64,000 nt of DNA from Lama glama (lineage: Eukaryota). The stretch's first letter is position 1, and the number at the start of each line of letters is the position of its first letter. The notes beneath the pieces were generated by a model. It was not told where the DNA came from. It was given only the letters and a program-made list of their open reading frames with translations, and made no database searches. The stretch is taken from positions 34,722,001-34,786,000 of the forward strand of contig CM052818.1 in assembly GCA_028534125.1 (NCBI GenBank), written 5' to 3'. The translations under genes were made by a program, and so were the position numbers. Shown piece by piece: positions 1 through 64,000 of this stretch.

Positions 1-388
1 TATGACACTCTCTTGTGATGCTGGGCAGCAGCAAGGCACAGCTCCCAGGCAGCCACACCATCACGAGGGTGCGATACACTCACAACCACTCACAACCACA
101 ATACACTCACTACCATCCTGTACCTATACAACCATTCTGTTTTTCACTTTCAGTATAATACTCAACAAACTACATAATATTCAATACTTTATTATAAAAT
201 AGGCCTTGTGTTGGATGATTTTGCCCAACTGTAGGCTAATGTAACTGTTCTGAGCATGTTTAAGGTAGGCTAGGCTAAGCTATGATGGTCAGTAGACTAG
301 GTGTATAAATGCATTTTCAACTTACAAGATTTTCAACTTATGATGGGTTTATCAGGATGTAACTCTATCATAAGCCAAGGAAGATCTG
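1..388. mobile_element. Tigger-family DNA transposon fossil (MER47/Tigger5-like), right end
   Basis: Terminal ...tgatgggtttatcaggatgtaactctatcataagccaaggaagatctg followed by TA; resembles recalled consensus. Confidence 0.75.
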
Positions 389-2001
389 TATAGCATATCT
401 AGATATAATCAATGAATAAGTCAAAATTTCCATCAAACACTTAAATTTCCAGTCAACCTGATCAATAAAACCTGTATCCCTCTATTCTAATTCCTTCATC
501 CCAACAGAGCTGTCAAGCAGGAAAAGTCACATTAACTTCAAGAGAAATTAGCTATAAAATTATTGCAACATAAAACTTGTTCGATGTGCCTCCTCCCTTC
601 CCACAAATCAGTTGGTCATACTCCTTTGTCTCATCATGTGCTTCCAGCACCATCGTCACTGCATTGCATCACCATCAGTGTTACCACAAATCACCTGTAG
701 TGTGACACACTGGAGACATGAAAAGGCGTAAGTCTCACAAGGGCTTAGACTTGGGGAGACAGAAACAAAAAACAGTTAAAGAGCGATATAAAGAATACTC
801 TAAATACTCTGTTGGTATTCACTGTGACTGTCTCCCAGTTGGCAAGAGTTAGATCTATGCGTACGCAAAGCAAGGGCCTGGGTGAACATTAGAATTAAGG
901 CAAAGGTGAAACGAGATAGAAAAGAATTATTCTTTGTGAGGCTAGTACAAATCTATATTCTAGTTAGAATTCAGAGGCCACAGAAAATATATTTATTATA
1001 CAACAACACGAAATTTCTCTAGGTGGGATTAGGCAACAGACCCCTGAAAAAAACACTATATGAAAAACAATATAAAAACATAATCGTTATTGAGTTTACA
1101 GTTTTCAAAGTGCTTTGAGATATCTTCACAACTACTTGAGGTTAACAAGACTAAAATGATTACTCTTTTTTAGACAAAGAAACTAAAGCACAGGGAAGTA
1201 AAGTGATCAGTTCAAGGCCATACTGCTCCAAAAGAGGTAGAACTGGAACAGAGCAGAGGTCTTCTGAATCCTGGTAAGATGCTTTTTCTATTAAGTTATT
1301 ATCCAACTAGAAATACCATAATAAAACCAAAAACTTAAGTCATAGGTTAATACAGGACCCAAGCAAGGAGAAGGTATGAACTCATCAGGGTGCTTTTAGC
1401 ACTGGCTGGTGAAGATACAGACCTACAGCAGATTCTGCAAAAGTGTGTATTCAACACTGAAGATTTGCCAAGGGTCTGAAAGACCATATAAAAATCAACA
1501 ACTTTCCTTACTTTTTCATTTCATATTGACTAAACAATATTCTTTTATTAACCAGTTCCACAGTTACCCCTATTTCAGGTATGGGTCCCCTTGCACGTGG
1601 GATAAGAAGATATTAATAGAGAATTCTGTCACTGAAAGTTTAAAAAGTTAACTTTTGGCTCCATAATAGTTTCCTGGGTGTTTGTAAGCTGATCATCTCC
1701 AGGACCAACAGCCAGAAGCTGAGTAAACTGACCTGCAAGATTCACGGAACCTCTGTGACTCCATCAGGATCCACATCCTAGAAAGTAGCCTCTTGCCAGC
1801 ATCCTCGGGTACAACCCTACATCAAGTACTATCATCGACTGGTCAATCCAATGTTGTTTTAATTTGAAGGTAACAGTGATGTTCATATTGCTCATAAAAA
1901 GGGGAGAGCTGGCAAATTAGTTTTGGCTTTTTCTCAAAATTCACAAACCTAGATTCTAGAATCTAACAAATCAAAAATGTTTCTTTTACAAATGATTGTA
2001 C

Positions 2002-2046
2002 CTGCAGCAGCTCGAAGTTGGGAGGAACAGCTCAGAGGTCTTATAG
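2002..2046 (-). CDS. HADHB: HADHB exon 3 (gene continues beyond the left edge)
   Basis: ttccag|CTATAAGACC...GCTGCAG|gtacaa; (S)IRPLSCSSQLRAAA; 45 nt. Confidence 0.95.
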
Positions 2047-2159
2047 CTGGAAGACAAAATAAAGTTTTTACAAAAAGCAATACAATTTCATGTCCCTGAA
2101 AAGATGTTTACACACCCAAATCTAACCTTTAAAAAAAAAAAAGAACAAATGACACTTAC

Positions 2160-2226
2160 AAGATATGAGGGCCCATTTTGATGTACTGGGAAGATTTTTA
2201 AAAGTGTATGTCAAGAAGGAAGTCAT
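2160..2226 (-). CDS. HADHB: HADHB exon 2 coding part (exon starts at 2234 with 8 nt of 5'UTR); trifunctional protein beta subunit (long-chain thiolase) presequence
   Basis: Minus strand: ttgttag|atttcagaATGACTTCC...ATATCTT|gtaagt; MTSFLTYTFKNLPSTSKWALIS resembles the HADHB N-terminus; head-to-head with HADHA. Confidence 0.95.
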
Positions 2227-2899
2227 TCTGAAATCTAACAAGGGAAGAAAAAAGATAGTCGGGGTTATTTGAACATTTTGTAGCTTACATTGTAGTCTAT
2301 GATTTCTGACAATCTTACCCATGCCTATTAAAAATACTCTAAAATTTATTACCAACTATCCGTCCTCTAATATTATTATAGCTTCATTGACATACCTTTC
2401 ATAGTATGTAAACCACTAATTTAAGCATTAGTTCATCTAATACTCACAATAACCAACAGAGTAGGCATGATAATTACATCATTTGGAAGAGATAAGAAAC
2501 TGAAACACATAGAGATTGAGTGACTAGTAAGAGGCAGAGCTGGGATGTGAAGTCAGGCAGTCTAGCTCCAGAGTCTATGCTCTTCTCTAGGGCCAAAGGA
2601 GTAGAGAGATTGCTGGACATGATCCTGAAGCCACCAGTGTGAACTTCCTGATTTTGATGGTTGTATTGTGATTATGTAGAATGCCTGTGAGACGTCTGTA
2701 TTTGAAGGGAATACACACCGAAGTATTCAGGGATAGTGCAATATCACATTTTAACTGCTATAAGAAAAAAAGTTTGTATATTGCTCTTGCTACTTCTTAA
2801 AAATAAGCTTAACACTGTTTCAAAATAATAAAAATATAAAATCCCTATATATTAAAAAATATTTAAAACATATTAATCATTTCCCTAAATTCCCCAAAA

Positions 2900-3245
2900 C
2901 GAGTTCCTACAAAAGAGTAAGAAAAAAATGGACAAAGGATATGAACAGACTGTTCACAGAAATGGAAATACAAATGGCTCTTAAATATATGAAAAGACAT
3001 TCACTCTCACTCAGAAGAGAAATACAAATTAAAACCGCACCGAGATATATTTTTTGACTCAAAGGTCTGACATTCAGTGCGTGGAACAGCACGCACACAC
3101 AGGCACTCTCATACACTGCTGCTCAGAGTGTAAACTGATGCAACTCTGCACGTGTATCCCTATGGAAGACAATTTGGCAAATAACTGTCAAAACACTACA
3201 ACCGCACTTAACTTTTGATCCAGCTACTCCACTTCTGTGAATTTT
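2900..3245 (+). mobile_element. Old L1 ORF2 3' fragment
   Basis: aaaaaatggacaaaggatatgaacagac...tatggaagacaatttggcaa is typical of degenerate L1M sequence. Confidence 0.7.
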
Positions 3246-3269
3246 TGTTTACACAGTTGTTCCGTGTAA

Positions 3270-3690
3270 GCCAAAGAATATGTTAGAAGTGATGCTATGT
3301 CACTTCCGAGGTTAGGCTATAAAAGATACCGCAGCTACCATCTTGGTCTGTCTCTCAGATCACCTGGCCTGCAGGAAGCCAGCCGGCATATCAGGAGCAG
3401 CCCTGCGAAGAGGCTCACATGGCGAGGAACTGCCGCCTCCTGACAACGGCCTGGCCAGCCGGCCGGCAGTGGGAGTGAGCTTGGAAGTGGATCCTTTAGC
3501 ACAGACAAGCTTTCCGATGACCACAGCTCTGGCCAACATTCTAACTGTAACCTCATGAGGAACTCTAAGCCAGAACCCAGCTAAGTCACCCCTAGACTCC
3601 TGACCTTCAGAAGCTGTATGAGATAATAAATTTTTGATTTAAGCTGCTCAATTTTGGAGTAATTTGTTACATAGTAACAGATAATATAAA
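3270..3690 (+). mobile_element. MaLR LTR (MLT1-type)
   Basis: Ends gagataataaat...ttttggagtaatttgttacatagtaacagataata, a characteristic MLT1 3' end. Confidence 0.7.
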
Positions 3691-4058
3691 AGCCTTGTTT
3701 AACTTCTCTTTGGTCTTTATAATCTAAAAAAAGGATGTCCTATGGCTTCCAAAAAAAAAAACACATTTAGTAAATACATGGATTGGGAAGAGATAGAGGA
3801 GTCCAACCTCTAGGCCCACCAACCTAGATATATCCAATAGACTCTGACCAGGGAGACACAAAATGGCCCATAAGATAGGCACCACTTTTCTAGAAGCAAC
3901 ATTTGATGTCACTTGAGTCTGGAATACAAATTCCCATAACTAAAGTTCATCTTGAGATAAAATTCATGAAAGAAGTTAAGAAAATGTTGATTGAAAAAAA
4001 GAGGACCTTGCTCTAATAGACACCAAAACTTTCTATTAAGCACCAATAATTAAAACAG

Positions 4059-4710
4059 TGCAAAACATTATCTGACATACATTTCAAAAATTTTCTCCTA
4101 GAAGAAATAAAAGCAAGAATAAACAAATGGGACCTAATGAAACTTAGAAGCTTCTGCAGAGCAAAGGAAACCAGAAATAAAACAAGAAGAAAACCTATGG
4201 AATGGGNNNNNNNNNNNNNNNNNNNNNNNNNNNNNNNNNNNNNNNNNNNNNNNNNNNNNNNNNNNNNNNNNNNNNNNNNNNNNNNNNNNNNNNNNNNNNN
4301 NNNNNNNNNNNNNNNNNNNNNNNNNNNNNNNNNNNNNNNNNNNNNNNNNNNNNNNNNNNNNNNNNNNNNNNNNNNNNNNNNNNNNNNNNNNNNNNNNNNN
4401 NNNNNNNNNNNNNNNNNNNNNNNNNNNNNNNNNNNNNNNNNNNNNNNNNNNNNNNNNNNNNNNNNNNNNNNNNNNNNNNNNNNNNNNNNNNNNNNNNNNN
4501 NNNNNNNNNNNNNNNNNNNNNNNNNNNNNNNNNNNNNNNNNNNNNNNNNNNNNNNNNNNNNNNNNNNNNNNNNNNNNNNNNNNNNNNNNNNNNNNNNNNN
4601 NNNNNNNNNNNNNNNNNNNNNNNNNNNNNNNNNNNNNNNNNNNNNNNNNNNNNNNNNNNNNNNNNNNNNNNNNNNNNNNNNNNNNNNNNNNNNNNNNNNN
4701 NNNNNNAAAA
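4059..4710 (+). mobile_element. Younger 5'-truncated L1 spanning the assembly gap
   Basis: ORF2-like INKWDLMKLRSFCRAKE before the gap; A-run after the gap; TSD aaaacagtgcaa at 4052-4063 and 4711-4722. Confidence 0.8.
4207..4706. other. Assembly gap (500 N)
   Basis: Run of N. Confidence 1.
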
Positions 4711-5991
4711 AAAACAGTGCAATTTTGGCACAGGAATAAATGAACAAATCAACAGAACAGGATGTAGCAAGTTCTGAAGCATATTCATGTGTATGAGAAT
4801 TTAGTATATAATAAAAATAACATTTCAAATAAATGGGAGAAAGATGAATTATTCAATGGATTTACTGGGGAAATGGTTAATCATTTGGGAAAAAAATTTA
4901 GATCCACAGCTCACATTATAAGTACAATTCCAAATGGATTAATTTAAATATATACTTTTAACTATAAAAGTACTATAAGAAAACATCAGAGGATATTTTT
5001 ATAATCTTAGATGGGGAAAGGCTTCCAACATTTTTATGCATTTGTATGTTTTTATCTCTCTATAAAGATGTAAGTATATGCAGATTTTCGATAAAAATAG
5101 AATTATACTGTACATTAAAAATGCTCATTGTAAAAGAAACTTTAAAAAGACAGAAGAATGTAAACTGAAAGCCCCTCTTTATCCCTTCCATATGTAGACT
5201 CAGCTTTCGGATTTTCTCTCCTCTCGCTTTCTGTCATAAAATGGATACTTACTATACGTATTGTTCTGCCACTTGCTTTTTCCTTTAATATATATTGTGG
5301 ACATTTTTCCACATCAGCATGTCATTATGTTTCATTTTTCTTTACGAACTACTGAACAGTATTCCATGGTACGTTTGTACTATGATTTATTTAATCATTT
5401 CCTACTGATGTACATTTACATCTTGAGCATATCTGTTGGCTGGAGACCTATGATTGCTACACATAACATCATGAATATTTCTATTGGTTAAAGACCAGTA
5501 AGAAGGATTACTGGGCTCAGAAATTCATAATTCAAAATTTGATAGATAACTAAAAATTCCAGGACTCATCTATCTTTCCAGCGCAAAAACAGCTATCATG
5601 CAACGTAGGGCTCTTGACTAGAAGCTAGCCAACCTACACTCGAGTCCCGAAAATCGAGTTCCACCCTGGTCCCATTCCAAACCTCTCCAGCCGCCGACCA
5701 GGCTACAGGCCAAACACTGGAACACAAGCCAGCGCTATAAGCACCTCTCAGCCCGTACCACGACACCACACACAAACCCACAGTTTGTCAACTTCCGGTG
5801 ATAAATTAAAAGACACAGGGGACTCCGTTAGTCCACATTACTGCCCAAATTACACTGGTATCGGAGAACCCGATCGAGAAGCTTCGTTCTGCTCCCTCGA
5901 ACTCCACTCCCCCAGGGAGGCCGCAGGCACTGGCGCGGTAGGAGGGAAAGGAAGTGCGGAGCTCGGGGTGGGGACGGGGGGTGCTTCTCAC

Positions 5992-6100
5992 CTCAGTTCG
6001 GACTCCCGCTGCAAGTGAGGTTTGGATCCGAGTGACAGGACCCGAGAGACTGGACCAAGGGGCGGGTCCTGCCTAGAAAGGACCCCCTCACCCTCCCCGC
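5992..6100 (-). other. HADHB: Probable HADHB non-coding exon 1 (5' limit approximate)
   Basis: Minus-strand donor GAG|gtgaga at 5992/5991 inside the CpG island, a few hundred bp from HADHA exon 1; the TSS cannot be determined from sequence. Confidence 0.6.
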
Positions 6101-6386
6101 GGGCTCCGTGGGCCTCGCAGGCTGCCCGCCCGCTGCCTGACTGGAAAACTCGGAACTCCGTCTTCTTCTCGCTGAGCGTCCTTCCTTCTCGCGAAGAAAG
6201 CCGCCTTTCCGCCCCTTTAGCCGGAAGCGAAGGGCAAGGTGAAAAGGCCGGTGGCAACTGGCCATCGGGGGTTTTAGCCAGGCAGTACGCCGGGCGCCTG
6301 ACCAGGGCCAGGCTGCGGGAAGAAAAGACCTCTGCTTGGCTGCCGCCAGTTGGAGTGCTTTCCACTTTCGTCCTCTCATGCTCAAG

Positions 6387-44949
<38,563 letters not shown>

Positions 44950-45071
44950 GCAGGCCCTCACGTCCTGGTCGCTCGCCCACTGATGCCAGCCATGCTGGGT
45001 CTCCAGCAGAGTAGCGTCTAGATGTATGAGTAACCAGAAGGAAAACAAACTCGCCCTGGGTGTGTGCCTTG

Positions 45072-45393
45072 ATTAAAGTGCCTTGAGCTATGACCGTCTC
45101 TCCCTCCTGGTGAAGTCTGGCTGTGAAGTAGTTTGTACTTCATGTCGGAAGGTGGAACCCACTGTGCTCATGAATTCATAAGCCTCAAAGCCCAGGCTGG
45201 CAGCGTCTCTGGAGTCATCCTTGCTGCCTGTTCCTCCCAGGAGGCCAGTGGTGGTAAGGACAAGTCTGCACCCAGCCAAACACATAACAATAAAAACCAG
45301 GCTCTTCATCAGCTTCTCTGCCTGCCTGTTCCTTTCTCTTCTGTCTTTGCCCTCTGCTTTAAACCCTTCCTTCAAGGAGTGAGCTGGAATAAA
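45072..45393 (+). terminator. HADHA: Candidate HADHA polyadenylation signals
   Basis: ATTAAA 45072-45077, AATAAA 45289-45294 and AATAAA 45388-45393 downstream of the stop codon. Confidence 0.65.
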
Positions 45394-46657
45394 GCCCTGT
45401 GCTTTGGGGAGGAATGTGTTGGCAGAGTTTTGGGCAGCACCTTAAGAGAGACTGCAATGGTGGAAAGTGGGATTTTATGGACCTGAATCCTTTGAAACTG
45501 ACTGTATTTAAGTGCTTTGGCTGGGCTTCTGCTTACAGTGAGGAAGAGGCGCTGGTGAACCAGAGCAGCGCGAGTGTAAGAGGTACGGAGGACCAGCATG
45601 TAAGATTCCTTTTCCCAAGTCTTCGTCACACAATTCTGCCCAGTTCTTTTCTTGGTGCCTCATTCACGTGCACACCTCAGGACGTTTGTGGGAACACTGG
45701 AGTTCAGCAGAGGAGATAACATTTTCCTGGTCAGTATACCCTGCACATCTTGGCGGCCCCAGAGCACGGAAGGTGGACGGTGCCTGCATAGCGATCACAC
45801 GCAGCCTGTGTGAGCAGCACAAGGGCACCGAGTCAACCCACCGCCACCTCCACTCTTCCCCTCCCCCCTGCCCCCGGTGTGGAAAGTTCCTGTACTTGTG
45901 TTCTGGCAGAAGCCTTACCCAGTCGGGGTAAATAGCTTTGGGACTCCTCACTGGGTCTGGCAGAAGGATGCACGCTGAGGGGGTGTGGAATCATAATGCA
46001 AGTCCCACTGCACTGGGCAGTCTCAACTTTGAGACAGCACCGATTCCTCCTGCCTCTGCTCCAGCTGCATCTCAGTCAGCCCTCAGGGCGCAGCTCTGCT
46101 GCTGGGATAGGCAGGTGGAGAGCTTAGCTCCTGGGCTACTCAGTGCTCACAGCTGGTTGCCAGGAAGCCGGACTCTAAAACCAAGGCATCGCTGAGGTGG
46201 GGTTTTCAGGTGACCAATAGAAGGCAGAGAACTGATCCTCTGCAGCAAGGCTATTAACAGGCTTCGGGAATGGGGTCAGGGAGTGGGGTGAGAGGCTCAA
46301 GGCAGGCATTTGGACAGGGCAGGAAGTTAAACCTGGGCCCTGGCCGGTGGCATGGAGCTTTGAAGTACGATCTTTCCACTCAGCAGCACTAGGGAGGCAT
46401 GAATGATGTTGCAACATTAGTGGGAGTTGAAGGTCCATGTAGGGTGGGGGCCGGTGAGGGGTTTTCAGAAAGTAGTGAGGACCACACCTCCAGCTGCCTC
46501 TGGGGAACATCATAAGAATGGGCCGTGTGCAAACACCATTTCCCACGTCCTCTCCTGCCCACAAAGCATGCACGTTGTGTCTGTCAGTCCCCACGGCCCT
46601 CCAAAAGAACACGGTGACACCCGGATTCCACCTGCACTAGTCTTCAGTGGTCTAGCA

Positions 46658-46663
46658 TTTATT
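46658..46663 (-). terminator. GAREM2: Candidate GAREM2 polyadenylation signal
   Basis: AATAAA on the minus strand about 1.35 kb past the GAREM2 stop codon. Confidence 0.55.
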
Positions 46664-48014
46664 TCACTAGCCCATAAGGATTCATTAAGTGACCAGCAAG
46701 GAAACCAAATGTCTCAGCATCACAGTTTCTGTGCTCTACTTCCTGACTCCCCTTCCCTCAGCGCCGAGGCAGCCTTGCTTAGGGCGTGAGCCCCAGCATG
46801 GCTTCGCTACTCTTAAGATAGAAAAACAGAGGAAATAAATATCTAGGTAGGCTAGGTAAGGCAGACGAGAAGGCTGATGCCCCTGGGCCTGACACTAGCG
46901 GCACGGGAATTAGTGCGGTTCTGGTAGGCGAGGTGGGGAAGGGCACAGGGTAGGTGGGCGGACACAATGGCCAACCGGCTCTGGTGCTGGCAGAGCACCA
47001 TGCTTGAGGTCCAGGGCACCAAGACCTGCTTTGAAGCAGGTGGACAAGTGCAGGAGGACTGAGCTCCAGGAGGCAAAAGGCCAGTTTTCCCAAGCCACCA
47101 TGCTTTCTCTCCTACCCACCCAACCGGTGCCAGTGACAGGAAACCAGGAAGGGCACCCAGCAGTAGGGGCAGGAGCCTCGTGGAAGTGGGAGTAATCAAA
47201 GACCACTTGCCTCTAGCATCAGGGAGCAGCTGCCCTCAATCCACCTGCTCCTCCACAGACTCAGTCTTCACGGATTGGATCCATCAGGTGTAATGGAGGA
47301 CTCAGTGCATTGAGCCCGGGGCAGAAGCTAGGGCGCTGCGTATGTGAGGAGTATCTGCCTCCCTAACTAGGGAAGTAGGCCAGCAGCAGAGCTGTGCTCT
47401 TCCAAGGGCATCACCCACAAACCAGAACCCAGAGATGGAGTCTCTGAGGTGGGCAGCACAGGCTGCACTTGTCACACCTGTGCTCAAGGCCAGGGACCCA
47501 ACATGGTGGAGCAGAGCAGGGAGGAGGGGCACTCGGACGCTGGGGCAGCTTAGGCCATGTGCCCACAGAGCACAGAGAGAGGGCACTCGGGAATTTGTGC
47601 TTAACTTATGGGTCATCTTCCCTTGTCTCCAAGCTGCACCTACAAGCTTGAGACGCAGGAGGGATCGGTGGAGCTCTGCCGCAGGGCGGAGGGAGCTGTG
47701 AGGTCACCATGAAGGCCAGCTTGTGACCCCTCCCCATTCCACCTCGATGGGAATCGTAGCGTGCACTGGTGCCTCCACCCCTCCACTTACTCCACACACT
47801 CAAAGGCAAGACGCCTGCAAGGGTCTGGCCAAGAGGCACCCTATTACCACATGTGTCTCCCCTGGATTCACTCTGCATAGCTGCTTAGCTGCCTCAGTCT
47901 GGCATGGATTCTCCCACTGGAGCGCTTCTGGGAGTGCTGTCCCCCAGCAGACCCAGGGCTGGCCTTCAGGGCCTCCGCACCAGCATTCCAGTTGTGCACC
48001 TACAAGCTGGGAAG

Positions 48015-61270
<13,256 letters not shown>

Positions 61271-62602
61271 TTCAGCCACTGCGATCCCAGCAGCAGTTGC
61301 TGCCTCTAGGATATTTATCACCTCCAACTTCACACATCCTGGCAAGTATGCCTCATTAACCCCATTTTACTGAGGAGCAAACAGGCTCAGAGACATCAAG
61401 TAGCAGCTCAACTTGAAGACCGATTTGACTACAAATCCCACTACCTTCCCTGTTGTTGCAGGAGACTAATAGGGCCCCCTCCGCCCCCACCATAGAACAC
61501 TTTCCAAGTTCTCAGCACCCTCTTACCAATTGTCACGAGTTCTATGAGGCTGGTAGCCCCAGCACAGACACAGCACACGGCATGTGATTGCTCCCATCTT
61601 GTAAATGAGGAAATTGAAGTTCAGGCACCCAACTGGTGGTGGACTCTTGTCCCTCAGCCCCCTTCTCCCTTCTCTCATTCCCTTCTTTTAATTTGCTGTT
61701 CCTTTCCTGCTCTCCTCACCTTCTGCCTCCAAACCCTCTTGGTTCCTGCTCCGGATCTCCTCTTGGGAAGCCCTTCCCAGAAGCTGTGGTGGCTTTGGCT
61801 GGGTTCACCATTGATGTACCTGGGGCACCTTCTACAGGTGATCAAAGGCTGCAGCAGGTCTGTGGCATATGGCGATGTGGCAGCCAGGAAGTGGGCCTTG
61901 GCCCCCAGACTGGTACTGAAAGGGCTTCATGGGCTCTCGTCCTCAGGCTCTGTGCTCCAGGGAGAAACCCCCCCCCCACTATGTACCCACAAACCCTCTC
62001 TTCTGAGGTGACTGACATCCCACCTCACATGACAGGCACCCCAAGGGAAATGGCACCAGATAAGATGAACATGACTTCTCAGCAGGAAGAGACAGCTCAG
62101 ATCACGCATTCAATTTCCATCTTTTGCAGAGGAAAATAAATGGAGACACCGAGAGCAGAAATACTTTGCTCCAAGGTCACACAGCAGGAAAAAAGCAGAG
62201 CTGTGCCTGGAAGGCAGGCCTCCTGCCCCCCAGCCAGTGCTACCTCCATAACCTGGCCTAGCCTAGCACAGGACCCACCTCACCCCGTGTACACACGGGA
62301 AGGCCAAGTAGCTGGCCCTCAGGCTTGCTTTCTTCAGCCACCACAGCGGTGTGACTTGGAGTAACCCAGGAGGACAGAAGCTCTCTTGGGTCTGTGGAGG
62401 TGGGGTGGGCTCTTCCCTAGGGAAATGGGAAAGGGAAACATGGCAGAAGGGAAGAAAAAAATAGAAAAAGGGGAAAATACAGGAGTATAAGGAGGGGATG
62501 GAGGGTCGGAGGTAGCAGAATGAGGCAGCAGAAAGAATCAAGTGAAAAGGGGCTTGTCTTGGAATCACTTTCCTTTCCCTCCCCTGCAGGCTTTCTCTTG
62601 AG

Positions 62603-62725
62603 TAGGGTAACCATCTAATTTGTCATCCAAAGGTCACTTTTGAGGGGGAAGGAGGTGCTAAGCGAGACAACAGGCATAAACCAGACAGTGGGTGTAAACC
62701 GGGATTTGGTCATATGTTCACCCTG
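62603..62725. mobile_element. MER81-like hAT MITE
   Basis: Inverted termini agggtaaccat...atgttcaccct. Confidence 0.65.
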
Positions 62726-62932
62726 ACTCTGAGAGGCCTCCGAGCCCTGATGTAGACACCACGTCTGCAGTGGTTTCTTGTACTCAGCATCGCTGGTTCA
62801 CCTCAGCTCTAGACCTCAGTTTCCAGCTAAGCTTCTACACCCTCAACGAGGCATTCACAGGCATTCCTTTTAACCACTGCACTTGAACTTGGTCCTCTTT
62901 CATTGTCTATCCCAGCTGAGGACATCACCTTT

Positions 62933-64000
62933 TGTTACCAAACACAAGTTCATTTGCCCAACACACAGTGAGGCCAGAAATAGCAAAATGCTGGAGTTTG
63001 GAGCAGAGAAAGGTTTATTGCTGGGCAGAGGAGCAAGAAGACTGGGTGGCCTATACCTAGAACTCCTCGAATGGTTTCAGCTGAGCATTTTTAATGGCCA
63101 GCTAAGGGAGGGGTGGCCCAAGGTCTGTGATCAGCTATGCACAATTCAGATTGGTTGATGGTGATCAATCCTACGGCACCAGAAAGTCTGCGGGCTACGT
63201 AGTCATGATCATCAAGTAGTTAATTTCTTCCATTTGGTGGTGGTTTTTAGCATCTGAAAAACTCAGGAAATATGTATGAGATTCTATCATCTGGGTACTT
63301 CAGAGAAGAGCTACAGCAGAGGATATGGAGGATGGGTCTGACCCAGGAAGACCCCTTAGGATCCTGCTTGGTTAAAAGTCCCCCCTTTTCATTGATACTC
63401 CTCAATCTTAAGAATAGGTGTTGGTCAAGAAGGAATAATGTTTTGAACAGAGAGATTACTCATAACCTCGGCAGTGGAATTCGGTTTCATCTCCAATCTC
63501 ATTTCATTCCTCCCCAAATCTTTTAGAGAATAGGGTGATGACTGCTCTGGCTATTTCCTGCTGAAACAAGGCATAGTCCTACCTTGATCTGGTGAATGGA
63601 CATCGAGTTGGAAATATTCTTGAGGTCCAAGTCCTGGATCTAAGTCTTATTTGATTAAAATCTTATTCCCTGAGGAATTTAGGAGAATAAGCTTGAAAAC
63701 CAGTCCAGACCTTTCACTTTAGGGGAGAATTGTAGCCAGGTAGCCAGTTGACTACTTTTTTCTGAGCAGGTTTTAACTTTTTTTTTTTTTTTACCATTTC
63801 TTATTGATTTATAATCATTTTACAATGTTGTGTCAAATTCCAGTGTAAGGTTTTAACTTTTGATGTGGTATTAAAACATACATAACAAAAGCTATTAGTC
63901 ACTACATGTCTCCTTTTTTTCCTGCTAATATCTGATCTAAAGCTTATTGTCTGAAAATTTAATAGTTACAGGAGACCTTGAGGTCACAAGGTTGCAGCTG
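62933..64000 (-). mobile_element. Endogenous retrovirus 3' LTR (62933 to about 63376) plus internal sequence running off the window
   Basis: Minus strand: polypurine tract gaaaagggggg (63380-63390) just before the LTR, AATAAA at 63014-63019, LTR end ...ggtaaCA at 62933. Confidence 0.7.
63782..63847 (-). mobile_element. Very short L1 3' tail inserted into the ERV
   Basis: Poly-T plus L1-like 3' terminus; 14-bp TSD aggttttaactttt at 63768-63781 and 63848-63861. Confidence 0.8.

Noticed and set aside
4013..4828. Four long ORFs of 191-271 aa
   Set aside because: Artefacts of reading through the 500-N gap

Overview
Mammalian genomic DNA, probably camelid (inferred from two tRNA-derived SINE copies), containing the conserved HADHB-HADHA-GAREM2 block. 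HADHA (+) is complete: 20 coding exons, 6387-44949, 2292 nt = 763 aa, all GT-AG, with catalytic residues intact. HADHB (-) lies head-to-head across a shared CpG-island promoter; only its probable non-coding exon 1 and coding exons 2-3 are in the window. GAREM2 (-) is complete (6 exons, 60783-48015, 865 aa) and converges tail-to-tail on HADHA. The rest is intronic or intergenic repeat sequence: L1, L2, MIR, MaLR LTRs, DNA-transposon fossils, SINEs and an ERV 3' LTR at the right edge. There is one 500-N gap. I found no previously undescribed biological system. The most notable smaller items are a retroposed U13 (SNORD13) snoRNA copy with A-tail and target-site duplication, a TSD-bracketed L1 spanning the gap, upstream ATGs at HADHA and GAREM2, a triple nuclear-receptor half-site near the shared promoter, a perfect 61-bp tandem duplication, and a GC3 shift along HADHA. 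Gene and repeat names come from recalled sequences, not from a database search.
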